Below are positions 9,611 through 18,482 of a stretch of DNA of 64,000 nt, in pieces. A model generated the notes under the pieces. That model did no database searches. It was not told the origin of the DNA and worked only from the letters and a program-made list of their open reading frames with translations. The position numbers were made by a program, and so were the translations under genes. Source of the DNA: a virus (Duplodnaviria; Caudoviricetes); the IMG/VR virus record IMGVR_UViG_3300020050_009209. One strand, 5' to 3'. Each line of letters starts with the position of its first letter. The first letter of the stretch is position 1.

Positions 9611-11265
9611 TCAGTGCTCATTTCTATGGTTGCTAGGTCCTCTGGGATCTTACCGCTGGTGGCAAGTCCAGTGATTAGCCGATTGATCTGACTTCTCTTA
9701 GCCGCATCCAAAGGTCCAGCCCTACGAGGGCTTGGTAGCCGTAGAGTAAGGAACAAGGACTCGGTAAGTGTGAGTCTCATGGGAGTTGTGTCGAGCAGCT
9801 TCTTTGTTGCGGGGCCTATCCCGTAGAGGTCTGGTCCGAACTCCACAACATTGAGGTACAGTTCTAAGATCTGAAACTTGGAGAGGTGGCTCTCTAGGTC
9901 AATCGTTAGGAAGGCCTCTTGGACCTTTCGCCCAAGGGTCTTGGATCTCGCTAGCCATAGGTTTTTGGCGAGTTGCATGGTCAGAGTGCTTCCCCCACGC
10001 AAGGGCTTCTCTGCCTTCAGGTTAGCTGCAATAGACGACACCAAAGCCTCTCGGATAAAACCATGGTGCAGAAAGAAGGCTCCATCCTCCGTGGTCAGTA
10101 GCGCTGTAATTACGTTTGGGCTAACCTCTTGAAGAGAAACCCAGTCCTTTGTCTTGGATCCGGACATCCTACTCGTCTCACCGTTAGCTCCGACTTGGTA
10201 CTGAAAGGAGTCTTTTAGGCTAGCTACCGCAGGGGAGACGGTAGACTTACAACCCAGATTCCACCGTAGCTTAACCTCTGGCTTCAACTCTAGGTCAAAG
10301 TCAAAGTTTCCCGTATAGGTGGACCCAAGTAGCATAGGAGCTTTGAGTTCTGTGGGTAGCGCTGAGAACCAGGCGCTGCAAGTCTCCGCCCCCCACACCC
10401 TCCTTTTTTCGAGGTTGAAGTGAAGCGTTGCCGAGTCCACTCGAACTCTCTGATCAGAGCTAGCAAGTTTATCTAGGACTACTGGACCCACTTCGATTGA
10501 CTTGAATGTCGTAGGTAAGCAGTTGCCTTGGTGATCCGCGTGTAATTGCTTTGAGCACACTACGAGGGACTCCAACGTGCCGAGTATCCCCTCTGGAGTT
10601 TGCTCTACCTTCATACCTACGGCAGCTAACCCAGCCCCAAAGGCGCTCGTAGTAGTCGACCCTACTTTGAGGGTCTTATTCGCCAAGTGGGCCGTGACCT
10701 TTTGAAATGAGACCTTACCTAGGGTATGCCCCATCACTTGCCCTCTAGGAGTAAACTCCCCGCTATCTAGAAGTACTTGAGAGCCTGTCCGGGTGAGAGT
10801 CACACCCTTCGCGTCAAAGTCTCCTCTAGGGTGGTACCCACTAACCGTCTCAGCCACGACAGCTTGAGACCCAAAACGCACCCCACCTAGGGTCGCTAAA
10901 GACTCTTCGTACGTAGCGTAAACCTCCAGGTCTTCCCCAGTGACTAGATAACCGTCACTTTTCTCATCGCCTTTAGCTCCCTTTGGCTTCTGACTCAGAG
11001 CTATATTGATGCTACCACCCTGCAAGTGAACTTGCTTTGTGTCTCGCCACACATAGACCTTCGGGAAGCTACCCTTCACCCAGCCCCGATCAACTGTCAC
11101 GCCTGAGAGGAGAAGCCCCCCTCTCAGAGGAGCTACTATCTCCACTTTCGTGACGGTTACTCCTGTTTTCCCATTGAGGTAAGCTCGAATAGCAATGGGG
11201 GTCCCAAACCAAAATGCCACTAGGGTAATGGCAAGACCGATCAAGAAGGCGTACTTTTTAGTCAT
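9607..11265 (-). CDS. membrane-anchored GT51 peptidoglycan glycosyltransferase (monofunctional, MtgA-like)
   Basis: N-terminal TM helix; EDGAFFLHHG, GGSTLTMQLAKN, RKVQE, KFQILELYLN; no transpeptidase domain. Confidence 0.88.
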   Translation of the reverse strand: MTKKYAFLIGLAITLVAFWFGTPIAIRAYLNGKTGVTVTKVEIVAPLRGGLLLSGVTVDRGWVKGSFPKVYVWRDTKQVHLQGGSINIALSQKPKGAKGDEKSDGYLVTGEDLEVYATYEESLATLGGVRFGSQAVVAETVSGYHPRGDFDAKGVTLTRTGSQVLLDSGEFTPRGQVMGHTLGKVSFQKVTAHLANKTLKVGSTTTSAFGAGLAAVGMKVEQTPEGILGTLESLVVCSKQLHADHQGNCLPTTFKSIEVGPVVLDKLASSDQRVRVDSATLHFNLEKRRVWGAETCSAWFSALPTELKAPMLLGSTYTGNFDFDLELKPEVKLRWNLGCKSTVSPAVASLKDSFQYQVGANGETSRMSGSKTKDWVSLQEVSPNVITALLTTEDGAFFLHHGFIREALVSSIAANLKAEKPLRGGSTLTMQLAKNLWLARSKTLGRKVQEAFLTIDLESHLSKFQILELYLNVVEFGPDLYGIGPATKKLLDTTPMRLTLTESLFLTLRLPSPRRAGPLDAAKRSQINRLITGLATSGKIPEDLATIEMSTE

Positions 11266-11816
11266 TACTCCCCAGTGCCATGTAAACGGGCTTCATCGTA
11301 ATCCTCAGTGCGGAACCCTACAACCGCAGCGAGCAAACGAGCAACAGCTGCCTGTTTTACAGCCTTGCTCTGGGTACCTGTGGCCCACCCATGGTAGAGT
11401 GTACCTCCAATATCCAAGACCACCTCAGTAGTGAATGTCAAGTTGTCTTCGGGTCCTGTGCGAGATGACTCGTACCTTGGGGTGGAGTTGGCTTTGTTTT
11501 GGCTATGTAGAGCTAGAACCTTTACTGCTACCTCGTGGCGATCCTGCAAGTACTTCACTGTGGCTAATTGAACAGGCCTCCACCCAAGCTCATACGCATC
11601 GAAGATTACCGTATGAAGGCACGGCAAGGAGACTCTATTCTCCGCCAACCTATGTAAATAAGCCTGGTGTAGCTCGGGTGGGAGGACATTGGTGGAATTT
11701 GCCCAAGATTGAACAACCCGCTCAAAGTCCTTTGCATTGAAGCCCTCAAGTTGTCGAAGGTCTAAGCTCATAGGTACCGATCCATCTAGAGTAACCCAGA
11801 GTAGTAATCTGCCCAC
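11265..11816 (-). CDS. protein with C-terminal dsRNA-binding-motif-like domain
   Basis: PRYE...GP...TF..EV.....G.G...K..KQAA..LL pattern. Confidence 0.6.
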   Translation of the reverse strand: MGRLLLWVTLDGSVPMSLDLRQLEGFNAKDFERVVQSWANSTNVLPPELHQAYLHRLAENRVSLPCLHTVIFDAYELGWRPVQLATVKYLQDRHEVAVKVLALHSQNKANSTPRYESSRTGPEDNLTFTTEVVLDIGGTLYHGWATGTQSKAVKQAAVARLLAAVVGFRTEDYDEARLHGTGE

Positions 11817-12112
11817 ATATCATCCCAAAACTGATGATGGTCTATAGCACAATCTCTACATAATGGTATGGGGGCGTTAGGATCCGAGAGAGGTTCCTCG
11901 AAGATCCGCTCCATTCGCGTTTGGGGTACTGACTCGTAGCAGGTCCTAGAGGGCTCTAGCTCAACTTCGTCCTCCTCAGCTCCTTCAGTTTTACAGCAGC
12001 AACAAAGCATGCGCGTCACGCCCCACCAGGTAAGCAATGCCAGGTCCTAGGAGAACCGCTGCGATGAACACGAATGAAATGACTTTCTGATGCATCTAGC
12101 CCCATCTACACC

Positions 12113-12164
12113 AAAAAGAGGTCCCACCGAAAGAAAAAAAAAGAGGTCCCACCGAAAGAAAAAA
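12113..12164. repeat. tandem duplication of AAAAAGAGGTCCCACCGAAAGAAAA in a divergent intergenic region
   Basis: Two adjacent copies read directly. Confidence 0.8.
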
Positions 12165-12167
12165 CGT

Positions 12168-12204
12168 GTTAAGGTTCGCGTTAAGGTGTACGTAAGGAGA
12201 GGGT
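12168..12204 (+). promoter_or_regulatory. class I promoter motif
   Basis: GTTAA-N18-CGTAAG, ATG at 12205. Confidence 0.7.
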
Positions 12205-12579
12205 ATGAACATCAATCCTACGACTTTGAAAGACGCTGGTTATCGAGGCCCCTACCCCCAGCCTATCCATGGGGATTTCTGCCGAGGCTTGTACCAGAAG
12301 ACCGTTCACGGTCAAGCTCATGGCGAGGTGAAGAAAAGCTACTTCATCAACGTCCTCATCTGGGAGTTCCCAAACCGCCCCCTTAGCGCGAGCGTGGACG
12401 TGGTATTCTCCCAAGAGGATGGCCTGACCTCGCGTGGAAGTGAGGGCCGTGATTGTTACACTTCGTTCAAGGTGGACCTTTACCTTGGCGGTGATACAAC
12501 CATCGAGCAAATGGAGGAGTTCTATGCGAAGCTCTACACGAAGCTTGAGTGTACTCCGGACATCCACAACAACGACTGA
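12205..12579 (+). CDS. hypothetical protein
   Basis: Directly downstream of the class I motif. Confidence 0.75.
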   Translation: MNINPTTLKDAGYRGPYPQPIHGDFCRGLYQKTVHGQAHGEVKKSYFINVLIWEFPNRPLSASVDVVFSQEDGLTSRGSEGRDCYTSFKVDLYLGGDTTIEQMEEFYAKLYTKLECTPDIHNND

Positions 12580-12746
12580 AAACTCAATGAAACTCACTTT
12601 CCTCGACTATGACCAGGCCCGTGCATGGATGGAGAAAACTCAATGAAACTCACTTTCCTCGACTATGACCAGGCCCGTGCATGGATGGAGAAAACTCAAT
12701 GAAACCCACTTTCCTCGACTATGACCAGGCCCGTGCATGGATGGAG
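12578..12746 (+). repeat. 56-bp tandem repeat, 3 copies
   Basis: Units start at 12578, 12634 and 12690; one T>C difference in unit 3. Confidence 0.95.
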
Positions 12747-13079
12747 CAGAAGGCAAAAGAACACGGTGGGCTCAAAGCGTTCTCAGCAACTTCGGAATAC
12801 AAGCAGGTGTATCCCGAGATCGAGGCTATCTACAAAAAAGAGACCCTAGCTGCAAGTACAAAAGCTCTACAAAAGGCCGGTCTTGAGTACGGGGAAGAGG
12901 TAACTTACTCGCAACTCAACCTGCTGTTGGGGGGCGTGATTACTGCCAAGGGGAAGCTTGTAGAACGGCGTGGGAAGCCATACGTGAAGCTAGACCCACC
13001 TGTGCTGGGTCGAAAAGAAGTTCGTTGGCACTCAGGCTTCGTTCGCGTCGCGTACAGTTACGACAGAGGCGGCACATGA
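12699..13079 (+). CDS. hypothetical protein (starts within third repeat unit)
   Basis: MKPTFLDYDQARAWMEQ... Confidence 0.7.
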   Translation: MKPTFLDYDQARAWMEQKAKEHGGLKAFSATSEYKQVYPEIEAIYKKETLAASTKALQKAGLEYGEEVTYSQLNLLLGGVITAKGKLVERRGKPYVKLDPPVLGRKEVRWHSGFVRVAYSYDRGGT

Positions 13080-13697
13080 CTCAAATTACAAGATTCAGGG
13101 ACATACCACCCTACACTAAGAGCCCAACCCTACACCGTGAATGTAGGGTTGGGTTACTTGGTGGCGCACTATACCATGTGTGTAACCGAGTGGGGTCTGG
13201 ACGTGGCCCCAGACTTCCAGAGGGCTTACGTTTGGACTGATCGTCAGAAAGTCAGTTTCGTGGAGTACTTCCTCCGAGGTGGTTCCTCTGGGGTAGACAT
13301 CTACACGAACTGCCCTACCTGGAATTCCATGGTACCTCCACTGGATCCCAAGTCATGGTTCGTCCTTGTCGATGGGAAGCAGCGACTTGACGCATTGCTA
13401 GGGTTCCTTAACAACGAATTCCAAGTGTTCGGAGGAAGCTACTTCCGAGATTTCACGGACAAGCCAAGGATTACGTCCGCTAACCTTAGGTGGCATGTAA
13501 ATGACCTGAAGACTCGTGAAGAGTGCCTTCAGTGGTATCTGGACTTGAATAGTGGAGGTACTGTCCACACTCAAGAAGACTTGGATGTCGTGAGAAACCT
13601 CCTAGCTAACCAGGTACCTTACGTAAGGCCTGAGTACAGCACTATACTAGAGCATGCTCGGCTGAATCGTGAGGCCTTTCGGGGTCAGGGAAAGTGA
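13076..13697 (+). pseudogene. DUF262 (GmrS/ParB-like) protein with frameshift near codon 18
   Basis: PDFQRAYVW and VDGKQRL motifs; N-terminal FRDIPPYT lies in another frame than VNVGL, unlike paralogue 57923..58636. Confidence 0.7.
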
Positions 13698-14368
13698 TCA
13701 CAGGAGCTGACACCTTAATGAGGGAGGTCTTGAAGTTGGAGTACTTCCAACCCACCTCATCCGGAGTTACCCCTATTCCGACCTACTGGAAGCCTGGAAC
13801 AGGTAATACAGTAGTCGTAGTAGGGGAAAACGCGTCCGGTAAGAGCTTTCTACGTCGTGTGATTGCTTACCTCTGTCAGCAGTCCAACCTAGAGTGCATT
13901 CATACCAGCATGCAAGAGCGCGTTCAGTCCACCGGGCTGAAGCGTATCATGGTCTATGGGGAAGAGACTGAGAGTGCAACGGGCTACAACTCAGCAAACC
14001 TCATCCAAGGCAGCATGCGAACCTGTCAATCTCGGGAAACTCCTCACGTTATGGTGTGGGATGAGCCTGAGCTTGGACTGTCAGATAACAGTGTAACTGG
14101 AGTAGGGTTAGCACTGCGAGACTTCCTCAGTACCCCTCCAGCTCACACCTTAGCTCAAGTTATCATTACGCACTCTAGAGTCCTGGTACAGGAGCTTCTA
14201 GACCTTGACCCGCACTACCTTCACCTTGGCAGTGAAAGTCCCCCCAAGAGTCTCCTGGAGTGGATGAGAGCCCCTATTACCCCTCGTAGTATCTCTGACA
14301 TCCTGCTTGCAGGGAAAGGTCGTTACCGTCTCGTTGAAGATGTACTCAGGGCAAGGAGAGGGAAATGA
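13694..14368 (+). CDS. ABC/AAA_21-type ATPase
   Basis: GENASGKS, VWDEPE, IITHS. Confidence 0.8.
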   Translation: MITGADTLMREVLKLEYFQPTSSGVTPIPTYWKPGTGNTVVVVGENASGKSFLRRVIAYLCQQSNLECIHTSMQERVQSTGLKRIMVYGEETESATGYNSANLIQGSMRTCQSRETPHVMVWDEPELGLSDNSVTGVGLALRDFLSTPPAHTLAQVIITHSRVLVQELLDLDPHYLHLGSESPPKSLLEWMRAPITPRSISDILLAGKGRYRLVEDVLRARRGK

Positions 14369-14524
14369 CTGGCGATGAGATTTACAATGAAGTAGTCAGG
14401 GGTGGCTCCAATCAAAGAGAGCCCCCGAATCCTCCATTGAGGAGTTTGCCAATTCTGGTGGCTACTTTGATGCTTTTGGGGTATACGCTGGTCAACCCGA
14501 CTTGACCGAAACCAAGAGGCACAG

Positions 14525-15751
14525 ATGCTAAGTGAACTTGAGATTCAGCTAGTAACCAAGTATATCTTGAGCCTCGATGAGCGATCAGACCGCTATGGGG
14601 ATGAGTTGGTAGACCACGTACTCCATCGTATCTCCTATCTCAACTCTGACGATGAGGTTGATTGGGATACCTATCGGGCTATCTGCTCATTTAGAGATGA
14701 GTTTGGGGGTGAATTTGATGAGGCACAAATGGCCTTTGTTGAGAGAGTCCTCCAAGGAGATAGCCCACAAGTAAGTGCCAAACAACCCCAGGCTCCATGT
14801 CACATTCTGGCTGCGAGTCAATTTGACATCAAGACTATCGACCTCGTATTCAAAAGGGCTCAGGAGATAGAGCATTCGACCACTGAGAGACTTCTACACA
14901 AGCTACAGGGTAAGACCTTGGCTTGCGTTTTCTATGAGCCGTCTACCCGAACATCCTCCAGCTTCATTGCTGCAATGGGTAAGCTTGGTGGGAACGTGAT
15001 ACCCATCACACAAGGGGTCCAGTACTCAAGTGTATCCAAGGGGGAGTCGCTAGAAGATACGATCGTCACCTTGGGTCAATATGCAGATGCGATTGTTCTT
15101 CGTCATCCTACGGTAGGGGCTTCAGCTCTTGCGGCTAGCGTTAGTCCCGTGCCAATCATCAATGCAGGGGATGGTATTAGTGAGCACCCCACGCAAGCTC
15201 TTCTAGACCTATACACGATCCAAAGGGAACTCGGGCGTACATCCAACCTTAAGGTAGCCTTTGTGGGGGACCTTGCGAATGGGCGGACGATCCACAGCTT
15301 AGCTGCACTCCTAGCGCTCTACTCAGGAAATGAGTTCTCCCTAGTATCCCCATTCCTACTGAAGCTAAGTCATGATTCGGCGCCTTACCTGCGAATCAAA
15401 GACAAAGTAACCCATGAGATTCACGTAAAGGATAGCCTAGTAAAGGCTGAGGAGGTTTTGGCAGAGGCGGACGTGGTCTACATGACGCGAATCCAGCGAG
15501 AGCGTTTCGGGTTCCTAGAGAACTATTCTGAGGTAAAGGACTCCTGTATTCTCACGGAGGAGTTAGTAAAGAAGCTCAAGCCATCGGCACGTATTCTACA
15601 CCCCCTCCCGAGAGTCAACGAGATTCCAAGAGAGATCGACTCTGACCCTAGAGCGGCCTACTTTCGAGAGGTCAAAATGGGACTTTACGTGAGGATGGCC
15701 CTCCTAGACCTAACAATGGGGTCGACCGAACCTTGGCTACTCAACCTATAA
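14525..15751 (+). CDS. pyrB: aspartate carbamoyltransferase catalytic subunit with ~90-aa N-terminal extension
   Basis: FYEPSTRT, KGESL.DT, NAGDG..EHPTQ, TRIQRER, HPLPR. Confidence 0.93.
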   Translation: MLSELEIQLVTKYILSLDERSDRYGDELVDHVLHRISYLNSDDEVDWDTYRAICSFRDEFGGEFDEAQMAFVERVLQGDSPQVSAKQPQAPCHILAASQFDIKTIDLVFKRAQEIEHSTTERLLHKLQGKTLACVFYEPSTRTSSSFIAAMGKLGGNVIPITQGVQYSSVSKGESLEDTIVTLGQYADAIVLRHPTVGASALAASVSPVPIINAGDGISEHPTQALLDLYTIQRELGRTSNLKVAFVGDLANGRTIHSLAALLALYSGNEFSLVSPFLLKLSHDSAPYLRIKDKVTHEIHVKDSLVKAEEVLAEADVVYMTRIQRERFGFLENYSEVKDSCILTEELVKKLKPSARILHPLPRVNEIPREIDSDPRAAYFREVKMGLYVRMALLDLTMGSTEPWLLNL

Positions 15752-15773
15752 CATACTTATCCTGAGGTTAGGT

Positions 15774-16715
15774 ATGTCCTTCAACGCCAGAGAAGCGGTT
15801 CGTCTACTCCTTGCTATGTCTATGGAAGAGGCCAAGCAAGCACTAGGATTTGCTCCAAATGCGAATCCTAGCTCGGGAGAGATTCAACGAGCCTATCGCG
15901 CAAAGGCTATCCAAAATCACCCTGACCGTGGAGGTGACCCAAAGAAGATGGTCGTCATCAACGTGGCTAAGGAGATATTGGAGGGGAAGCGAGTCAACGA
16001 TAAGACCGAGTACACTCCGGACGTTGAGGATGCTGGAGTAAAGAAGCAGCGGCAACAAGAGGCGTTTGTTGCGGACGTGAAAGCGGAGAAGGCGAAGGTA
16101 GGGAGTGCATTTGAGTCATCAAAGGCGGCAATTCTATCGCCATTCGGTCGGCACACTATACCATTCCCTGAGTTCTTGGATACTGCCTTCGAGTCAATAG
16201 CCAAGATCCAAGACGAGATTCAGGATACACTAGATGACTCCCCTCAGAAGGACCCAGCTTGGGTGAAGACTCAGCAAATCTGCGATATCATCGTAGGTAA
16301 GATGCGGCGAGTAGATCAGCAACGCATCGCAGTAACTCTGCCCTTACCAAAAATTCTTACTTTCAAGGATATCGAGTCTCGGTTCAGGGCAATGAGGGTT
16401 CTCCTTAAGTCCTACGAGGCTTTGATGGGGGAGTCCTCTAGTCTCGTAGGCTTGCTCAATACTAGTGAGGACGTCCCACTGAATTGGGATAGTATCTACT
16501 ACCACACTCACGGTATGTTCTCGTCTTATCTGTCGAACCTTCGTGACACCTTGAAGCAATTACACTTGACTTCCCTCAAGAAGCAATTAGAGGATAGTAG
16601 AAGCGCTATCATTAAGAGCAAGACTGCCAATAAGATCGGCGGGTTTACTCCTATCGAACAATGGGACCAGCTAGAATTCCCTACAAGCTTCAATGACCTC
16701 ATGGAGGTCAAATGA
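15774..16715 (+). CDS. J-domain (DnaJ-like) protein
   Basis: A.Q.LG....S..EI.RAYR.KA..NHPDRGG...M..IN.A.EIL. Confidence 0.85.
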   Translation: MSFNAREAVRLLLAMSMEEAKQALGFAPNANPSSGEIQRAYRAKAIQNHPDRGGDPKKMVVINVAKEILEGKRVNDKTEYTPDVEDAGVKKQRQQEAFVADVKAEKAKVGSAFESSKAAILSPFGRHTIPFPEFLDTAFESIAKIQDEIQDTLDDSPQKDPAWVKTQQICDIIVGKMRRVDQQRIAVTLPLPKILTFKDIESRFRAMRVLLKSYEALMGESSSLVGLLNTSEDVPLNWDSIYYHTHGMFSSYLSNLRDTLKQLHLTSLKKQLEDSRSAIIKSKTANKIGGFTPIEQWDQLEFPTSFNDLMEVK

Positions 16716-17773
16716 ATAACATAATAGCCAGGGTCGTCTACCGGTTCGCAGCAACCAAACAAGAAACCGCCTTCCTCGCCCTTCTGGAAAAGGTACGCCG
16801 GGGAGCGGACTCTTCCCTCAAGTTACCTCAACTACTCCAAATTCTAGACTATCTTGGTGGTTGGAGCTACAAGGCAGTTGACAATATCAAACAGCCTTGG
16901 GTTTCAAAGCCTAAAGTGGTGTCTACTGATACGCTAACAGAGGCAGAAGTTAGGGAGCGCTACCAAGTTCGACTAAGGCTAGAGAGTGGGCCAAAAGTCA
17001 TTGGTAAGGTGTACCCATTTGAGCTTACAGCCCCTAAAGACCTACCTGGAGGTAGTTTCGGATTTACCTACAAGGAGTACATGCTTTCCAACGGGATTTT
17101 GTTTCGATCCCCGGAAGGGAAGGAGTACGAAGCTATTAACGACACTCACGACCAAGTCGACCCATTCCAAGGAGTTATTTGGACCTCAAAGATGAAATCG
17201 TGGTTTCGTACGGAGACTAAGTTCCTTGACCAGATCTCTCAGGTACTTGGGGTGCCTAACTCTGACCGTCCTACATCCACAGGGCTAAGTAAGTCCAAAC
17301 CAAGAGAGCTTAGTGGTACTGGTACCTGCCCAGCTTGTTTCCGTAACATCAAGCTCAAGAAGGCTGGAGATGCCTACAAAATGGTTCTCCATGGTTATGA
17401 GCGGCCAGGGTGGGGGTACACTGAGGGTCGTTGCATTGGAGTGGACCACCCTCCCTTTGAGGAAAGCCCTAAGGGCACTAAAGAGGTGATTAAGGTACTT
17501 GCCCTTCGACTACGGGGGTTGCAGCAATATCTAGTCGACTTGCACTCTGGTAAAATTACCTCTATTCAAAATCGGGACAATGCCGTTGTCCGCAAGGGGG
17601 ACCCCTCCTGGACAAAAGACTACCTTCAGAAGATCTCCGATGTGGAGTACGACTACAAGCAGGTAGATGAGGATGGGAAGGCGTTTGAGAAATTGGTCCG
17701 GGATTGGGTGAAAGCGGATTTACCTAAAACGGGGGATAAAGTAGCACCTCCACCACGCTTCCTTACCTTATAG
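16712..17773 (+). CDS. hypothetical protein with CxxC..H..C motif
   Basis: 353-aa ORF; GTCPACFR...HGY.RPG...C. Confidence 0.75.
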   Translation: MNNIIARVVYRFAATKQETAFLALLEKVRRGADSSLKLPQLLQILDYLGGWSYKAVDNIKQPWVSKPKVVSTDTLTEAEVRERYQVRLRLESGPKVIGKVYPFELTAPKDLPGGSFGFTYKEYMLSNGILFRSPEGKEYEAINDTHDQVDPFQGVIWTSKMKSWFRTETKFLDQISQVLGVPNSDRPTSTGLSKSKPRELSGTGTCPACFRNIKLKKAGDAYKMVLHGYERPGWGYTEGRCIGVDHPPFEESPKGTKEVIKVLALRLRGLQQYLVDLHSGKITSIQNRDNAVVRKGDPSWTKDYLQKISDVEYDYKQVDEDGKAFEKLVRDWVKADLPKTGDKVAPPPRFLTL

Positions 17774-17783
17774 GAGTTACAAA

Positions 17784-18464
17784 ATGTCGCTCTCAGTCAT
17801 CTCAAATGTCGTAGCTAGGTGGAAGAAAAAGGCTAACAACGAGTCCGTCTGGGCCGTAGGATCTGAGCGTAAGGACTACGTTGAGGTCGTTTGGGACATG
17901 TACAAGTCCTCCTACCAAAAAATCGGCATGCACGTTTCAAGCCCTGCGGGTCTCTTGGACTACGACAAGTGGGAAATTATGCTTGACGGAGACAAACCCG
18001 TAGCTTTCAACCTGTACAAGAGCACCTCGATGGGGTTAAAGGCTGGGTTGGCAGGTACGGATGGGTCTGCTGTAGGTAAAAGTTTGATGAAAGACCACTT
18101 CAAGGCTCGACTTCAGCGTCCTGGAGTGTACGCTGAAGTTAGCCATGCCGTAGAGCGTCTAAGTGCCGGAGCCCCTGTCGTTTGTGCTGTACACGTACCC
18201 AAGGTTCTCGGTAAAACTGTAATACCCCAAGAAGATGGGGTACACTACCAAAGGTCACTGGAAGGGTTAGGTCCCGTGGTGAAAAAGTTGATTGGGAACC
18301 CCAAAGGGGTTCCGTCTGGTTCGGAAAATGCGTGTGAGATCTATGCTAACCCAGGGGAACCACTATCCCCCGAAGAGGCTGTAAGGCTCGCAGCTGAGCA
18401 TAAAGTGAGTCAAGAGATTGACATGGCAGAGCATGCCTCTTGTCAACTTGACCTAGACGACTGA
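17784..18464 (+). CDS. hypothetical protein
   Basis: 226-aa ORF with AGGAG SD. Confidence 0.75.
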   Translation: MSLSVISNVVARWKKKANNESVWAVGSERKDYVEVVWDMYKSSYQKIGMHVSSPAGLLDYDKWEIMLDGDKPVAFNLYKSTSMGLKAGLAGTDGSAVGKSLMKDHFKARLQRPGVYAEVSHAVERLSAGAPVVCAVHVPKVLGKTVIPQEDGVHYQRSLEGLGPVVKKLIGNPKGVPSGSENACEIYANPGEPLSPEEAVRLAAEHKVSQEIDMAEHASCQLDLDD

Positions 18465-18482
18465 ATGCTCTATAAGAGGGGC

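Noticed and set aside
12578-12746. 56-bp repeats as a CRISPR array
   Set aside because: Head-to-tail with no spacers, protein-coding, and no cas genes
13137-14368. DUF262 plus ATPase as a complete GmrSD/PARIS-type defence system
   Set aside because: No nuclease or effector partner adjacent; the second DUF262 and second ATPase are unlinked
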